NCBI GenBank assembly: GCA_045597865.1
Contig: JAZLKX010000001.1
Location: 1-64,000, forward strand
Length of the DNA: 64,000 nucleotides
Direction: 5' to 3'
Source: Bacilli bacterium
Lineage (GTDB): Bacteria > Bacillota_I > Bacilli_A > RFN20 > CAG-826
A program made the position numbers and the translations under genes. Positions 1 to 8,676 of this stretch are shown here, piece by piece; position 1 is the stretch's first letter; every line of letters starts with the position of its first letter. The notes under the pieces were generated by a model. It made no database searches, was not told the DNA's origin, and saw only the letters and a program-made list of their open reading frames with translations.

Positions 1-1
1 A

Positions 2-625
2 TTCTCTAAAAATAGTTATGATGATAATTTGCTTGCTTTTGGCGTTGCAAACTTAGATCGTCCAGCTTCGATTAAACTTTATGCGAATAGTTTCAATGAT
101 AAAAGTAAAATCACATCTGGCATCGATGACTATAACAAAGATAAATCTGATGTTGAAAAGATTAAATACACCGACTACGTAGGCTTTATTATGTCGAGTG
201 TTGGTAAGATCTTAAATATCATTACCTACGTGTTAATTGCTTTTGCGGCGATTTCACTTGTGGTCTCAAGTATTATGATTGCGGTTATTACCTTAATCTC
301 AGTTCAAGAAAGAACAAAAGAAATTGGGATTTTAAGAGCGATTGGTGCGAGTAAGAGTAACGTATCTGGTATGTTTAGAGCCGAAACCGTGATTATCGGT
401 CTAATGTCTGGAATAATTGGAGTAGCGTTCTCCTATTTACTCTGTCTACCACTTAACCCGGTGTTACGTGGTATTACCGGTGCGGCGACTTTCACCGCAA
501 CTTTAGCACCTTGGAAAGCAATTGTTTTAATCGCTATTAGTGTAGCCTTAACAGTGTTAAGTGGATTAATTCCTTCAAGTACCGCTGCGAAAAAAGATCC
601 AGTGGAAGCCCTTAGAAGTGAATAA
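2..625 (+). CDS. ABC transporter permease (FtsX/MacB-like), C-terminal part; 5' end outside window
   Basis: Frame open from window start; SVQERTKEIGILRAIGA motif, four TM segments, C-terminal DPVEALRSE. Confidence 0.9.
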   Translation, partial: FSKNSYDDNLLAFGVANLDRPASIKLYANSFNDKSKITSGIDDYNKDKSDVEKIKYTDYVGFIMSSVGKILNIITYVLIAFAAISLVVSSIMIAVITLISVQERTKEIGILRAIGASKSNVSGMFRAETVIIGLMSGIIGVAFSYLLCLPLNPVLRGITGAATFTATLAPWKAIVLIAISVALTVLSGLIPSSTAAKKDPVEALRSE

Positions 626-640
626 TTAATCATTGAAAAC

Positions 641-670
641 AAAAGAGCGGTCATCGTGATCGCTCTTTTT
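641..670. terminator. Bidirectional intrinsic terminator
   Basis: AAAAGAGCGGTCA-TCG-TGATCGCTCTTTTT between the convergent permease and tRNA. Confidence 0.8.
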
Positions 671-679
671 AATTGTTTT

Positions 680-762
680 TGGTGGGCGAAGTGGGACTTG
701 AACCCACACGGAGAACCATACGCCCCTCAAACGTACGCGTCTACCAATTCCGCCACTACTGC
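680..762 (-). tRNA. tRNA-Leu (anticodon GAG) with mismatched acceptor stem
   Basis: Minus strand GCAGTAG TG GCGGAATTGGTAGACGC G TACGT TTGAGGG GCGTA TGGTTCTCCGT GTGGG TTCAAGT CCCAC TTCGCCC A CCA; Leu-type D arm and variable arm, encoded CCA; upstream TTGTTA-N17-TATATT promoter. Confidence 0.85.
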
Positions 763-808
763 AGCGATAAATAATATACTCTTTATTTGCATTTCTAACA
801 AGTAGAAA

Positions 809-2251
809 TTACAAAGTGAAGATTAAACTTGCTATTCCAAAGTAAATAAGCAAGCTTGAAACGTCAACAATTGTTGTTAAAAGTGGTTGAGAAACAATTG
901 CTGGATCTTTCTTGATTGCAGCTGCTCCCATTGGAAGTAAAACAGCAACCATTTTTGATAAGAAAATAGCGATTGCAAGAGTGCCGGCGACAAGGCCAGA
1001 AGTCTTAAAAGCTTGGAGAGCAAATTCAGTTGTCCAACAGTTTCCAGAGAAGATTGTTCTTGTGATTTCTTCGCCTTCTAAACTTACTCCAACAATGCCA
1101 AAATATTGTTCAATCGAGAACCAAATAAATCCAAAAATCCCTATCAAAACTGCGATAATTGCCGCAGAAAGTGCCTCTTTTCTTAAAATCTTAAAGAAGT
1201 CTTTTGGAGTAAATTCGTTAAGTGCTAAACCACGAATCATGAGAGCAATTGTTTGTCCTCCAGCATTGCCGCCTGTATCCATAATTACTGGAATAAATGC
1301 AGCTAAAACCGGAAGCATGGTAAGCTTGGCTTCGAATTGAGACAAAACAAGTGATGAGAATGTGCCAAGGACTAAAAGAACAATAATCCAAGGAACACAT
1401 TTTTTAGCCATTTGACCTACTGATGTTTCTAAATAGGAATCTTCAAGTGGGGTAACCATTTGTAATTTGGAAATATCTTCAGTTTGTTCTTCTTCGATAA
1501 CGTCAACGATATCATCGATTGTAATAATACCAATTAAACGTCCATCACTATTTAAGACAGCAATTGCGTTTAAGTCATAACGTTTAACTATGTTAGCAAC
1601 TTCTTCTTGGTCATCGTTTACATTAACTGTATTAAAGTCTTTGTTCATGATTTCTGATACTTTAGTATCACCATCAGCAAAAATTAAGTCATCTAAGTCA
1701 AGTGTTCCGACTAAGTTACGTTGTCTATCCATTACGAACAAAGTATAAATGGTTTCCTTGTTCTTACCTGTTTTACGAATCTGTTTGATTGCATCATCAC
1801 AAGAAATATCGTCAAGAAGAGCAACATATTCTGTTGTCATAATTGAACCAGCAGATTGTTCTTCATAATGAAGAAGTCTATTGATTGTTGCACGTCTTTC
1901 TTTGTCGACGTTTCTTAAAACTCTAGTAACTACGTTAGCAGGAAGTTCTTCAAGGTCATCAACTAAGTCATCTGTGAATTGTGATTCAAGAATGTCTGCT
2001 AATTGATCATCAGAAAGATATTTAACAATTTCTTCTTTAATTTCTGGTGGTAATTCTGTAAAGAATTGTGCAGTAAATTCAGATTTAACAGTTTTTAAGA
2101 TAAAGACGATCTTTTTTGGATCTTCCATATCTGCACAAGCTTCGGCTAAGTCGATTTCTGGAACAACCTCAAAAAGATGTCTAATTTCTTTGACATTTTT
2201 GGCGTCGATTAATTGCTCAATTTGAGCTGTTGAAATTAATTCGTTTTCCAT
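809..2251 (-). CDS. mgtE: Magnesium transporter MgtE
   Basis: N-domain, tandem CBS domains (AGSIMTTEY, GIITIDDIVD), TM domain with GGNAGGQ and PLLTTIVD. Confidence 0.95.
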   Translation of the reverse strand: MENELISTAQIEQLIDAKNVKEIRHLFEVVPEIDLAEACADMEDPKKIVFILKTVKSEFTAQFFTELPPEIKEEIVKYLSDDQLADILESQFTDDLVDDLEELPANVVTRVLRNVDKERRATINRLLHYEEQSAGSIMTTEYVALLDDISCDDAIKQIRKTGKNKETIYTLFVMDRQRNLVGTLDLDDLIFADGDTKVSEIMNKDFNTVNVNDDQEEVANIVKRYDLNAIAVLNSDGRLIGIITIDDIVDVIEEEQTEDISKLQMVTPLEDSYLETSVGQMAKKCVPWIIVLLVLGTFSSLVLSQFEAKLTMLPVLAAFIPVIMDTGGNAGGQTIALMIRGLALNEFTPKDFFKILRKEALSAAIIAVLIGIFGFIWFSIEQYFGIVGVSLEGEEITRTIFSGNCWTTEFALQAFKTSGLVAGTLAIAIFLSKMVAVLLPMGAAAIKKDPAIVSQPLLTTIVDVSSLLIYFGIASLIFTL

Positions 2252-2356
2252 ACTTTGTATCGCCTACCCGAGTTAGTTTACATTCTTTTATTAAAAAAAG
2301 AAAGCAAAAAGAGTTTGAAGTGATATAATACTACTCGCAAAAGGAAAATTTAGTTT

Positions 2357-2929
2357 ATGAAAAAAATTATTGTTGAAACAAGTGCACGTCACATCCACGT
2401 CACTCCAGAAGCACTCGAAATCCTCTGCGGAAAAGGTGCTCAATTAGAAGTTAAAGCTATGCTTTCTCAACCAGGACAATTTGTTTCCACAACTAGACTT
2501 GATTTAGTTGGACCAAAGAAAACAATTTCTGGTGTCTCAATTCTTGGACCATGTAGAAAGCTCAACCAAGTCGAGGTTTCTGCTACTGATGCAAGAACTC
2601 TTGGAGTTAATGCTCCAGTTAGAGAATCAGGCGATGTTGCAGGTTCTGCTCCAATTAAAATTGTTGGTCCAGCAGGTGAAATCGAACTTTTAGAAGGTGT
2701 TATCGTTGCAAAACGTCACATTCACATGACACCAGCAGATGCCAAAGAGTTCGGCGTTGAAAATGGCCAAATCGTTAAAGTTGCAACTGGTTCAGAAGGA
2801 CGCAAGGTTGTCTTTGATGATGTTGTCATTAGAGTAAGAGAAGACTTTGCACTCGCAATGCACATTGATACCGACGAATCCAATGCAGGAATGTGCGGTA
2901 TGAAATGCGAAGGCGAAATCATTAAATAA
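2357..2929 (+). CDS. pduL: Phosphate propanoyltransferase PduL
   Basis: SARHIH, AKRHIHMT and MHIDTDESNA motifs. Confidence 0.93.
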   Translation: MKKIIVETSARHIHVTPEALEILCGKGAQLEVKAMLSQPGQFVSTTRLDLVGPKKTISGVSILGPCRKLNQVEVSATDARTLGVNAPVRESGDVAGSAPIKIVGPAGEIELLEGVIVAKRHIHMTPADAKEFGVENGQIVKVATGSEGRKVVFDDVVIRVREDFALAMHIDTDESNAGMCGMKCEGEIIK

Positions 2930-2958
2930 TCAAGAAAATACGGGGATTTTGTGGGAAA

Positions 2959-3735
2959 ATGATTGATTATAACTACCACACACATACCTCAAGATGTGGT
3001 CACGCACATGGTACTGAACGTGAGTATATTGAAGCTGCAATTGCTCGCGGAATGAAGGTTCTGGGATTCAGTGACCACATTTTAATTGAGTCTAAAAATG
3101 AAGAAACAAAAGCCAAACTTTATGACTACATTAAGACAATCAATGAGCTTAAAGAAGAGTATAAAGACAAAATTGAAATTCATTTAGGATTCGAATGTGA
3201 ACATTTTGATGATCGTGTTGATTACTATAAATATTTATTAAAAGAAAAAGGAATTGAATATCTAATTCTTGGTCAACACTACATCACAGACAAACATGGA
3301 AAAAGATTAGACATGTTTGATGAACTTGATAATCCACATGAAATAGCAAAAAGATATTATCTTTGTGTTAAAAAAGGACTTAAATCAGGTTTGTATGTTT
3401 ATCTCGCGCACCCGGACTTATATACGCGCGATTTTGAGGAAATAGACAAAGTTTATTTAAAATATGCAAAGAAAATTTGTAAAGCTGCAAAACATTACAA
3501 TGTTCCAATTGAATTGAATTTAAATGGACTTTACTATAAGAAACTAAAAAATATAGCCGTTAGCTATCCATGTGAAGAATTCTTTGAAATTGCAGGAAAA
3601 GTTGGAAATAATGTAATGGTAGGAATCGATGCTCATAGTCCTGAGTTAATTACAAACGCTGATTATGAATGGGCAGAAAATATGATTAATAAATATCATT
3701 TACACACAATCTCAAGATTAAATCTTAAGAAATAA
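2959..3735 (+). CDS. PHP-domain phosphatase (HisJ/histidinol-phosphatase family)
   Basis: YHTHT..CGHA, GFSDH, LAHPD, GIDAH metal-binding motifs. Confidence 0.85.
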   Translation: MIDYNYHTHTSRCGHAHGTEREYIEAAIARGMKVLGFSDHILIESKNEETKAKLYDYIKTINELKEEYKDKIEIHLGFECEHFDDRVDYYKYLLKEKGIEYLILGQHYITDKHGKRLDMFDELDNPHEIAKRYYLCVKKGLKSGLYVYLAHPDLYTRDFEEIDKVYLKYAKKICKAAKHYNVPIELNLNGLYYKKLKNIAVSYPCEEFFEIAGKVGNNVMVGIDAHSPELITNADYEWAENMINKYHLHTISRLNLKK

Positions 3736-3777
3736 TTGTATTTAAAATATTGTAAGTATATAATACTAACAATCAAC

Positions 3778-3885
3778 CTTATCAAGAACCGTGTAATAAG
3801 GAATGCAACAACACGGTAGCAACTCTCAGAAAAAGGTCTGAGTAAGTGCTCTTCCTTAGCAGTGGCCCACCCACTGAGCGATAAG
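3778..3885 (+). ncRNA. SAM-I (S-box)-like riboswitch, atypical P2
   Basis: P1 CTTATC/GATAAG, J1/2 AAGA, P3 AGCAAC...GTGCT, P4 CAGTGG/CCACTG; directly upstream of a terminator and metK. Confidence 0.85.
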
Positions 3886-3908
3886 AGGAAATCACAAATG
3901 AATTCAAA

Positions 3909-3939
3909 GTGACTTTCCAAGTGTGGGAAGTCATTTTTT
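3909..3939 (+). terminator. Riboswitch expression-platform terminator
   Basis: GTGACTTTCCA-AGTG-TGGGAAGTCAT-TTTTT; upstream GGAAATCAC can pair with its 5' arm as an antiterminator. Confidence 0.75.
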
Positions 3940-3958
3940 ATATCTCGAGGTAGTTAAA

Positions 3959-5122
3959 ATGGAAAAGAAAAATTTATTTACTTCTGAATCTGTTTCTGAA
4001 GGACATCCAGACAAGGTTTGCGATCAAATTGCAGATGCTATTTTAGATGAATGTTTGAGACAAGATCCGCATTCTAGAGTTGCTTGTGAAGTTTTCGCAA
4101 CAACCAATTTTGTTATGATTGGTGGAGAAATTACATCAAAGGCAAAAGTCGATTATAAGAAGGTTGCAAGAGATGTCATCAGAGACATCGGTTACACCAA
4201 AAAAGACTATGGTTTCTCGGATAAAACCGCCAAAATCCTGGTTAAAATGCATCAACAATCACCTGATATTGCAATGGGTGTTGACGCAGAAAAATCAGAA
4301 GATATTGGAGCTGGTGATCAAGGAATTATGTTCGGTTATGCAACCAATGAATCAGAAGGCTATATGCCACTTCCAATCGTTATTGCTCATAAGTTAGTTC
4401 GCGTTGCAACCCACTTAAGAAAAACAAATCAATTTAAGGGTGCAAGACCAGACATGAAATCACAAGTTACTGTTGATTATTCAAATCCTAAAAAACCAAG
4501 AGTTACAACAGTTTTAATGTCAATCCAACACGATCCAGATGTTGATATGAATTTGTTTAAAAAATATGTAAAAGAACAAATCATGATTCCAGTTGTACTT
4601 AGCTTTGATTTAAATTCTGATTTTGAAACAATTATCAATCCAACAGGAAACTTTGTTATTGGTGGTCCAGCAGGTGATACTGGTGTTACAGGTCGTAAAA
4701 TTATTGTAGACACCTATGGTGGAGCAGGACATCACGGTGGTGGAGCCTTCTCAGGAAAAGACCCAACTAAGGTTGATAGAAGTGCTTCTTACATGGCTCG
4801 TTATATTGCAAAAAATCTTGTTGCAGCAGGCGCTATGGATAAGTGTGAAATTCAACTCGGTTATGCAATTGGACAAAATCATCCAGTTTCACTCTTTGTA
4901 AATTCATTTGGAACATCAAAAATTAGTGATGATAAGGCTTTAGAAATCATAAACAAAGTTTTTGATTTAAGACCAGGAATGATTATTAAAAATTTCTCTC
5001 TTACTGAACCAACATTTGAGTATCATAAATTAACAAATTATGGTCACTTCGGACGCCCAGATTTAGATATCCCTTGGGAAAAGTTAGATAAAGTTGATGA
5101 AATTAAAGCTTTATTAAAATAA
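3959..5122 (+). CDS. metK: S-adenosylmethionine synthetase
   Basis: [35 protein letters not shown]; ATG 3959 after GAGG. Confidence 0.97.
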   Translation: MEKKNLFTSESVSEGHPDKVCDQIADAILDECLRQDPHSRVACEVFATTNFVMIGGEITSKAKVDYKKVARDVIRDIGYTKKDYGFSDKTAKILVKMHQQSPDIAMGVDAEKSEDIGAGDQGIMFGYATNESEGYMPLPIVIAHKLVRVATHLRKTNQFKGARPDMKSQVTVDYSNPKKPRVTTVLMSIQHDPDVDMNLFKKYVKEQIMIPVVLSFDLNSDFETIINPTGNFVIGGPAGDTGVTGRKIIVDTYGGAGHHGGGAFSGKDPTKVDRSASYMARYIAKNLVAAGAMDKCEIQLGYAIGQNHPVSLFVNSFGTSKISDDKALEIINKVFDLRPGMIIKNFSLTEPTFEYHKLTNYGHFGRPDLDIPWEKLDKVDEIKALLK

Positions 5123-5125
5123 TCG

Positions 5126-5156
5126 GAAAATCGCGAAAAACTCGCGATTTTCTTTT
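5126..5156 (+). terminator. Intrinsic terminator
   Basis: GAAAATCGCGA-AAAAC-TCGCGATTTTC-TTTT. Confidence 0.8.
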
Positions 5157-5241
5157 ATTGTCCTTTAATTATTTTTAATAATTTGTAATAATATAATTGT
5201 AATTAGCTACATAGCATAATTTGGAAAGGAGATTAACTTTT

Positions 5242-5796
5242 ATGAAAAACCAAATTATTGGTAAGAACATTGAAGTTACGAAGTCCATTAAAGACGCTGT
5301 TGAGTTAAAACTTTCACGTCTCGACAAATATTTCGTTATTAATGAAGATGTTTCTTGCCGCGTAGTCGTGAGATCCTACAACGTAGGAGCAAAGGTTGAA
5401 ATTACAATCTTTACTCAATTTATGGATCTTAGAGCTGAGGTTTCTAACAACGACCTTTATGCAGCAGTTGACCTTGCTATCGACAAACTCGAAGGTCAAA
5501 TGAGAAAATTAAAAACTCGTATGGACAGATCCAATGGCAAAATGTCACTTGGAAAAGCACTTGCCCTTGATTATCTTGAGGACATGGAAGAAGTCTCTGA
5601 TGAAGAAGACGAAGTTGTCCGTATTAAAACAAAATATCTTGATCCAATGACAGTCGAAGAAGCTGTCGCCAGAATGGAAGCAATTGACCACCCATTCTTC
5701 CTCTATTTAGATGAAGAAGATGACAAAATTTCAGTCGTCTACAAACGTGAAGATGGCGGCTATGGTATCTTCCAAGCTGAGAACGAATTAAAATAA
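5242..5796 (+). CDS. hpf: Ribosome hibernation promoting factor (long HPF)
   Basis: GKNIEVT, DLYAAVDLAIDKLEGQMRK, C-terminal PMTVEEAV...VVYKREDGGYG; AAAGGAG RBS. Confidence 0.92.
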   Translation: MKNQIIGKNIEVTKSIKDAVELKLSRLDKYFVINEDVSCRVVVRSYNVGAKVEITIFTQFMDLRAEVSNNDLYAAVDLAIDKLEGQMRKLKTRMDRSNGKMSLGKALALDYLEDMEEVSDEEDEVVRIKTKYLDPMTVEEAVARMEAIDHPFFLYLDEEDDKISVVYKREDGGYGIFQAENELK

Positions 5797-5959
5797 GAAA
5801 ATTTATTAATCTTAAAGAGGGGAATTCATTTCCTCTCTTTTCTTTTTGTTGTAAATTGTTGTCATTTATCATAAGATAATGACGTGCGATTTTTATAACG
5901 CATTCGGATTCGTAAGTCCATTTCGGTAAAAATAGTACCGAGATAGAAAGGAAGTAATT

Positions 5960-6811
5960 ATGAATAATTACACAGCAGCAATTGCAAGTTTCATTCGTTT
6001 CGATGTCATTGTTTTCAACACTCTTGAATACACAATGAAGAAAGATAAATACGATGTTGAAGCTTACAAAGCACGTAAAGAAATCATTACAAATGAAGTT
6101 AGTCAAAACACACCACTTAAGAATTGCTTAGCAAATTCTGGTGATGCAGGCAAAGCTTTAAATGAAAAGATTAATGAATTACTCAAACTCGTCTATTCAG
6201 ACGAATCAACAATTGTAAAACTTTCTCAAGATGGTTCTGAATTAAGAGTCGACTTTTCACAAGCTATCGCAGTTTTTGAAGCAGTCCTCCCAATTCACGA
6301 AGAAATGAAAAAGATTGTTGAAGCTCACGTTGTTGCAGCAAAGAAAGCAGAACAATATGATGAACCAAGCTACCCAGAAGTTATCGAAAAAGAAGAATAC
6401 TTCTATCGCGGTTTAGTCAACATGTTATTACTTGATCAATTTGATCATCAATTTGCTGAATATAACAAAGCAAGACAAGAAGCAAAAGGCGGAATTACCG
6501 CTCAATCAAACTTCATCCAAAACGATATTAATCGTTTAGTTAAATTATTCCACTTTGTTAGAGATAACGCATTTGCAAGAAATGCAGAATACTATTCTGT
6601 TATTGATCCATTGTTTGCATTAATTGAAATGACTGGTGGTCGTAGAGATCTTCCAGAAGGAAAGAATTTTGGTCAAATCTTCACTGATGTTAAGACATTA
6701 GCAAGAGAAAAGACTCAAAAATGGGAACTCGCCTGGAAGCCAGTTTATGAAGAATTCATTAAACACTTCACTGAAGAAGTTCAAAAAATGCAAGCTGGAG
6801 CAAAAGCTTAA
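5960..6811 (+). CDS. Hypothetical protein (predicted alpha-helical)
   Basis: 283-aa ORF, AAAGGA RBS, host-like codon usage; no motif recognised. Confidence 0.75.
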   Translation: MNNYTAAIASFIRFDVIVFNTLEYTMKKDKYDVEAYKARKEIITNEVSQNTPLKNCLANSGDAGKALNEKINELLKLVYSDESTIVKLSQDGSELRVDFSQAIAVFEAVLPIHEEMKKIVEAHVVAAKKAEQYDEPSYPEVIEKEEYFYRGLVNMLLLDQFDHQFAEYNKARQEAKGGITAQSNFIQNDINRLVKLFHFVRDNAFARNAEYYSVIDPLFALIEMTGGRRDLPEGKNFGQIFTDVKTLAREKTQKWELAWKPVYEEFIKHFTEEVQKMQAGAKA

Positions 6812-6830
6812 TTAGAAATTGGTGAACGCT

Positions 6831-7202
6831 ATGAAAAAGATTTCCACAAAAGAATTTATTTGGTACGCAGCATGCGGCATTGTTGTCGTTTTCGGTATCA
6901 TTTGTATGGTCTTTGGTATCGTAGGATACCATATGCCAGCAGCAAACAACTTCATTAAGGATTTTGAAGCAACTATTCCACTTAATTTAAGAATTTGGGG
7001 AATTATCTTCATGGCAGTTGGAGTTGTTGTTGCAATCATTGCTTTAGTTGTTAATGCTAAAAAGGCTGATCGTGAAGTTGAAAAGAAGATTCGTAGAGAG
7101 CAAAGAATTGCAGCTCAAAACAATATGAATATCGAAGTTAAATCCGCTGTTCAAATTGTTGAAGAAAAACCAGCTGTAGAAGCTGCTCCAGAAAGCAAAT
7201 AA
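6831..7202 (+). CDS. Two-TM membrane protein with charged tail
   Basis: Two hydrophobic segments; followed by terminator at 7217-7241. Confidence 0.75.
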   Translation: MKKISTKEFIWYAACGIVVVFGIICMVFGIVGYHMPAANNFIKDFEATIPLNLRIWGIIFMAVGVVVAIIALVVNAKKADREVEKKIRREQRIAAQNNMNIEVKSAVQIVEEKPAVEAAPESK

Positions 7203-7263
7203 AATCTTGAAAAATTAAGCGTCGGAAACGGCGCTTTTTTTATACAATTTTTCTAAAAAATAC

Positions 7264-7315
7264 AAAGTGTCAATTTGGCACTTTTTCTTTTATATATCAA
7301 AATATATGATATAAT
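7264..7315 (+). promoter_or_regulatory. Palindromic operator plus extended -10 of leaderless HTH-ugd gene
   Basis: AAAGTGTCA-ATT-TGGCACTTT (7264-7284); TGaTATAAT ends 6 nt before ATG 7322; no RBS. Confidence 0.65.
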
Positions 7316-7321
7316 GTAGTC

Positions 7322-8617
7322 ATGAATTTAAAAGAATTGAGGATTTCAAAGGGATTTTCCCAGCAAAACGCAGCTAATTTGCTTCATATGCCTTTAAGAA
7401 CATATAAGAGGTATGAGCTAGAAAAAGCATATGAAAATTCATACAAATATAAAGCAATTTTTAATGAACTAAAACAACACGAAAAACTACATAAAAAAGT
7501 TACTGAAAATATCTACTCTAAAATATGTATTGTTGGCGGTGGACACGTTGGTCTAAATGTTGGAAAAGTTTTAGCAAAAAAATGCAAGATTCAGATTGTT
7601 GATATTGATGCTAAAAAAGTAAAAGCAATTAATGAGTTGCGCAATGAAAATATAATTGCTGTCGAAGATTTTTCTAAAACAACAAAATTTGATGCAGCAA
7701 TTATTTGTCTTCCAACAAATCTTGACGAGTCTTCTAATGCTTATGACACAAAAGCAATTCAAAAAAGCATTGAGGAAATAAGCAAAAAGAGTCAAACAGC
7801 TTTAATAATTATTAAATCAACTGTTAGCATTGGATTCACTGAGTCAATTTTGAATGTAAAAAACGAAATAATTTATTCACCAGAATTTTTAAGAGAAAAA
7901 ATGGCATATGAAGATGCATTAAATCCAGATCGAATTGTAGTGGGTTGCAAAGCAATTACTCCAAAAACATACAAATATGCCTCAACAATTGAAAGTGTGA
8001 TAAACATTCCTAGAAAAACAATTTTCATGTCGTTAAAAGAAGCTGAGGCTGTGAAATTATATTCGAACGCTTATCTTGCAATGAGAATTGCTTTTTTCAA
8101 CGAGTTAGATACCGTTGCAATGAAGGAAGATATAAATTCAAAGAAAATAATCAAAGCAATGGGATTAGATCCACGAATTGGCGATTACTATAACAATCCA
8201 AGTTTTTTCTATTCAGGCTATTGTTTGCCTAAAGATGCACGTGCTTTATCTAAGAAAGTTAATACAGAATTAATTAATGCAGTAGATGTTTCAAATGAAA
8301 ATAGAAAACAATTTATAGTTGAAAAAATTCTTGATGAAGCAAACAAAAGAAGCAAAAATCCAACTATAGGAATTTATAATCTTGAGACAGAAAATAATGA
8401 TGAAAAACTTCACCAATCTAGTTCAGTTGAACTAATGAACATTTTGCAAAAATATCCAGTAAATGTAGTGGTTTTTGACAAAAATTACAAGGAATCTATG
8501 GATAATTTTGAAGAATTTTGTAAGGCTTCAGATTTAATTGTTTGTAATGCATATGATGATAAATTAGAAGCTGTAAAATCTAAAGTTTTTACAAGAGACC
8601 TATTATCAAAAAGGTAA
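7322..8617 (+). CDS. ugd: XRE-HTH fused to UDP-glucose 6-dehydrogenase-like domain (divergent)
   Basis: LKELRISKGFSQQNAANLLHMPLRTYKRYE followed by GGGHVG, IKST, SPEFLRE, EAEAVKL, YNNPS..GYCLPKD. Confidence 0.85.
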   Translation: MNLKELRISKGFSQQNAANLLHMPLRTYKRYELEKAYENSYKYKAIFNELKQHEKLHKKVTENIYSKICIVGGGHVGLNVGKVLAKKCKIQIVDIDAKKVKAINELRNENIIAVEDFSKTTKFDAAIICLPTNLDESSNAYDTKAIQKSIEEISKKSQTALIIIKSTVSIGFTESILNVKNEIIYSPEFLREKMAYEDALNPDRIVVGCKAITPKTYKYASTIESVINIPRKTIFMSLKEAEAVKLYSNAYLAMRIAFFNELDTVAMKEDINSKKIIKAMGLDPRIGDYYNNPSFFYSGYCLPKDARALSKKVNTELINAVDVSNENRKQFIVEKILDEANKRSKNPTIGIYNLETENNDEKLHQSSSVELMNILQKYPVNVVVFDKNYKESMDNFEEFCKASDLIVCNAYDDKLEAVKSKVFTRDLLSKR

Positions 8618-8676
8618 TAATGTGCTAATCTATAAGCACACATTATATAAATAAATGTGAAGGAGAATTTAATTTT

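Noticed and set aside
2252-2356. M-box riboswitch upstream of mgtE
   Set aside because: The intergenic region is only about 105 bp, shared with the pduL promoter, and lacks M-box motifs.
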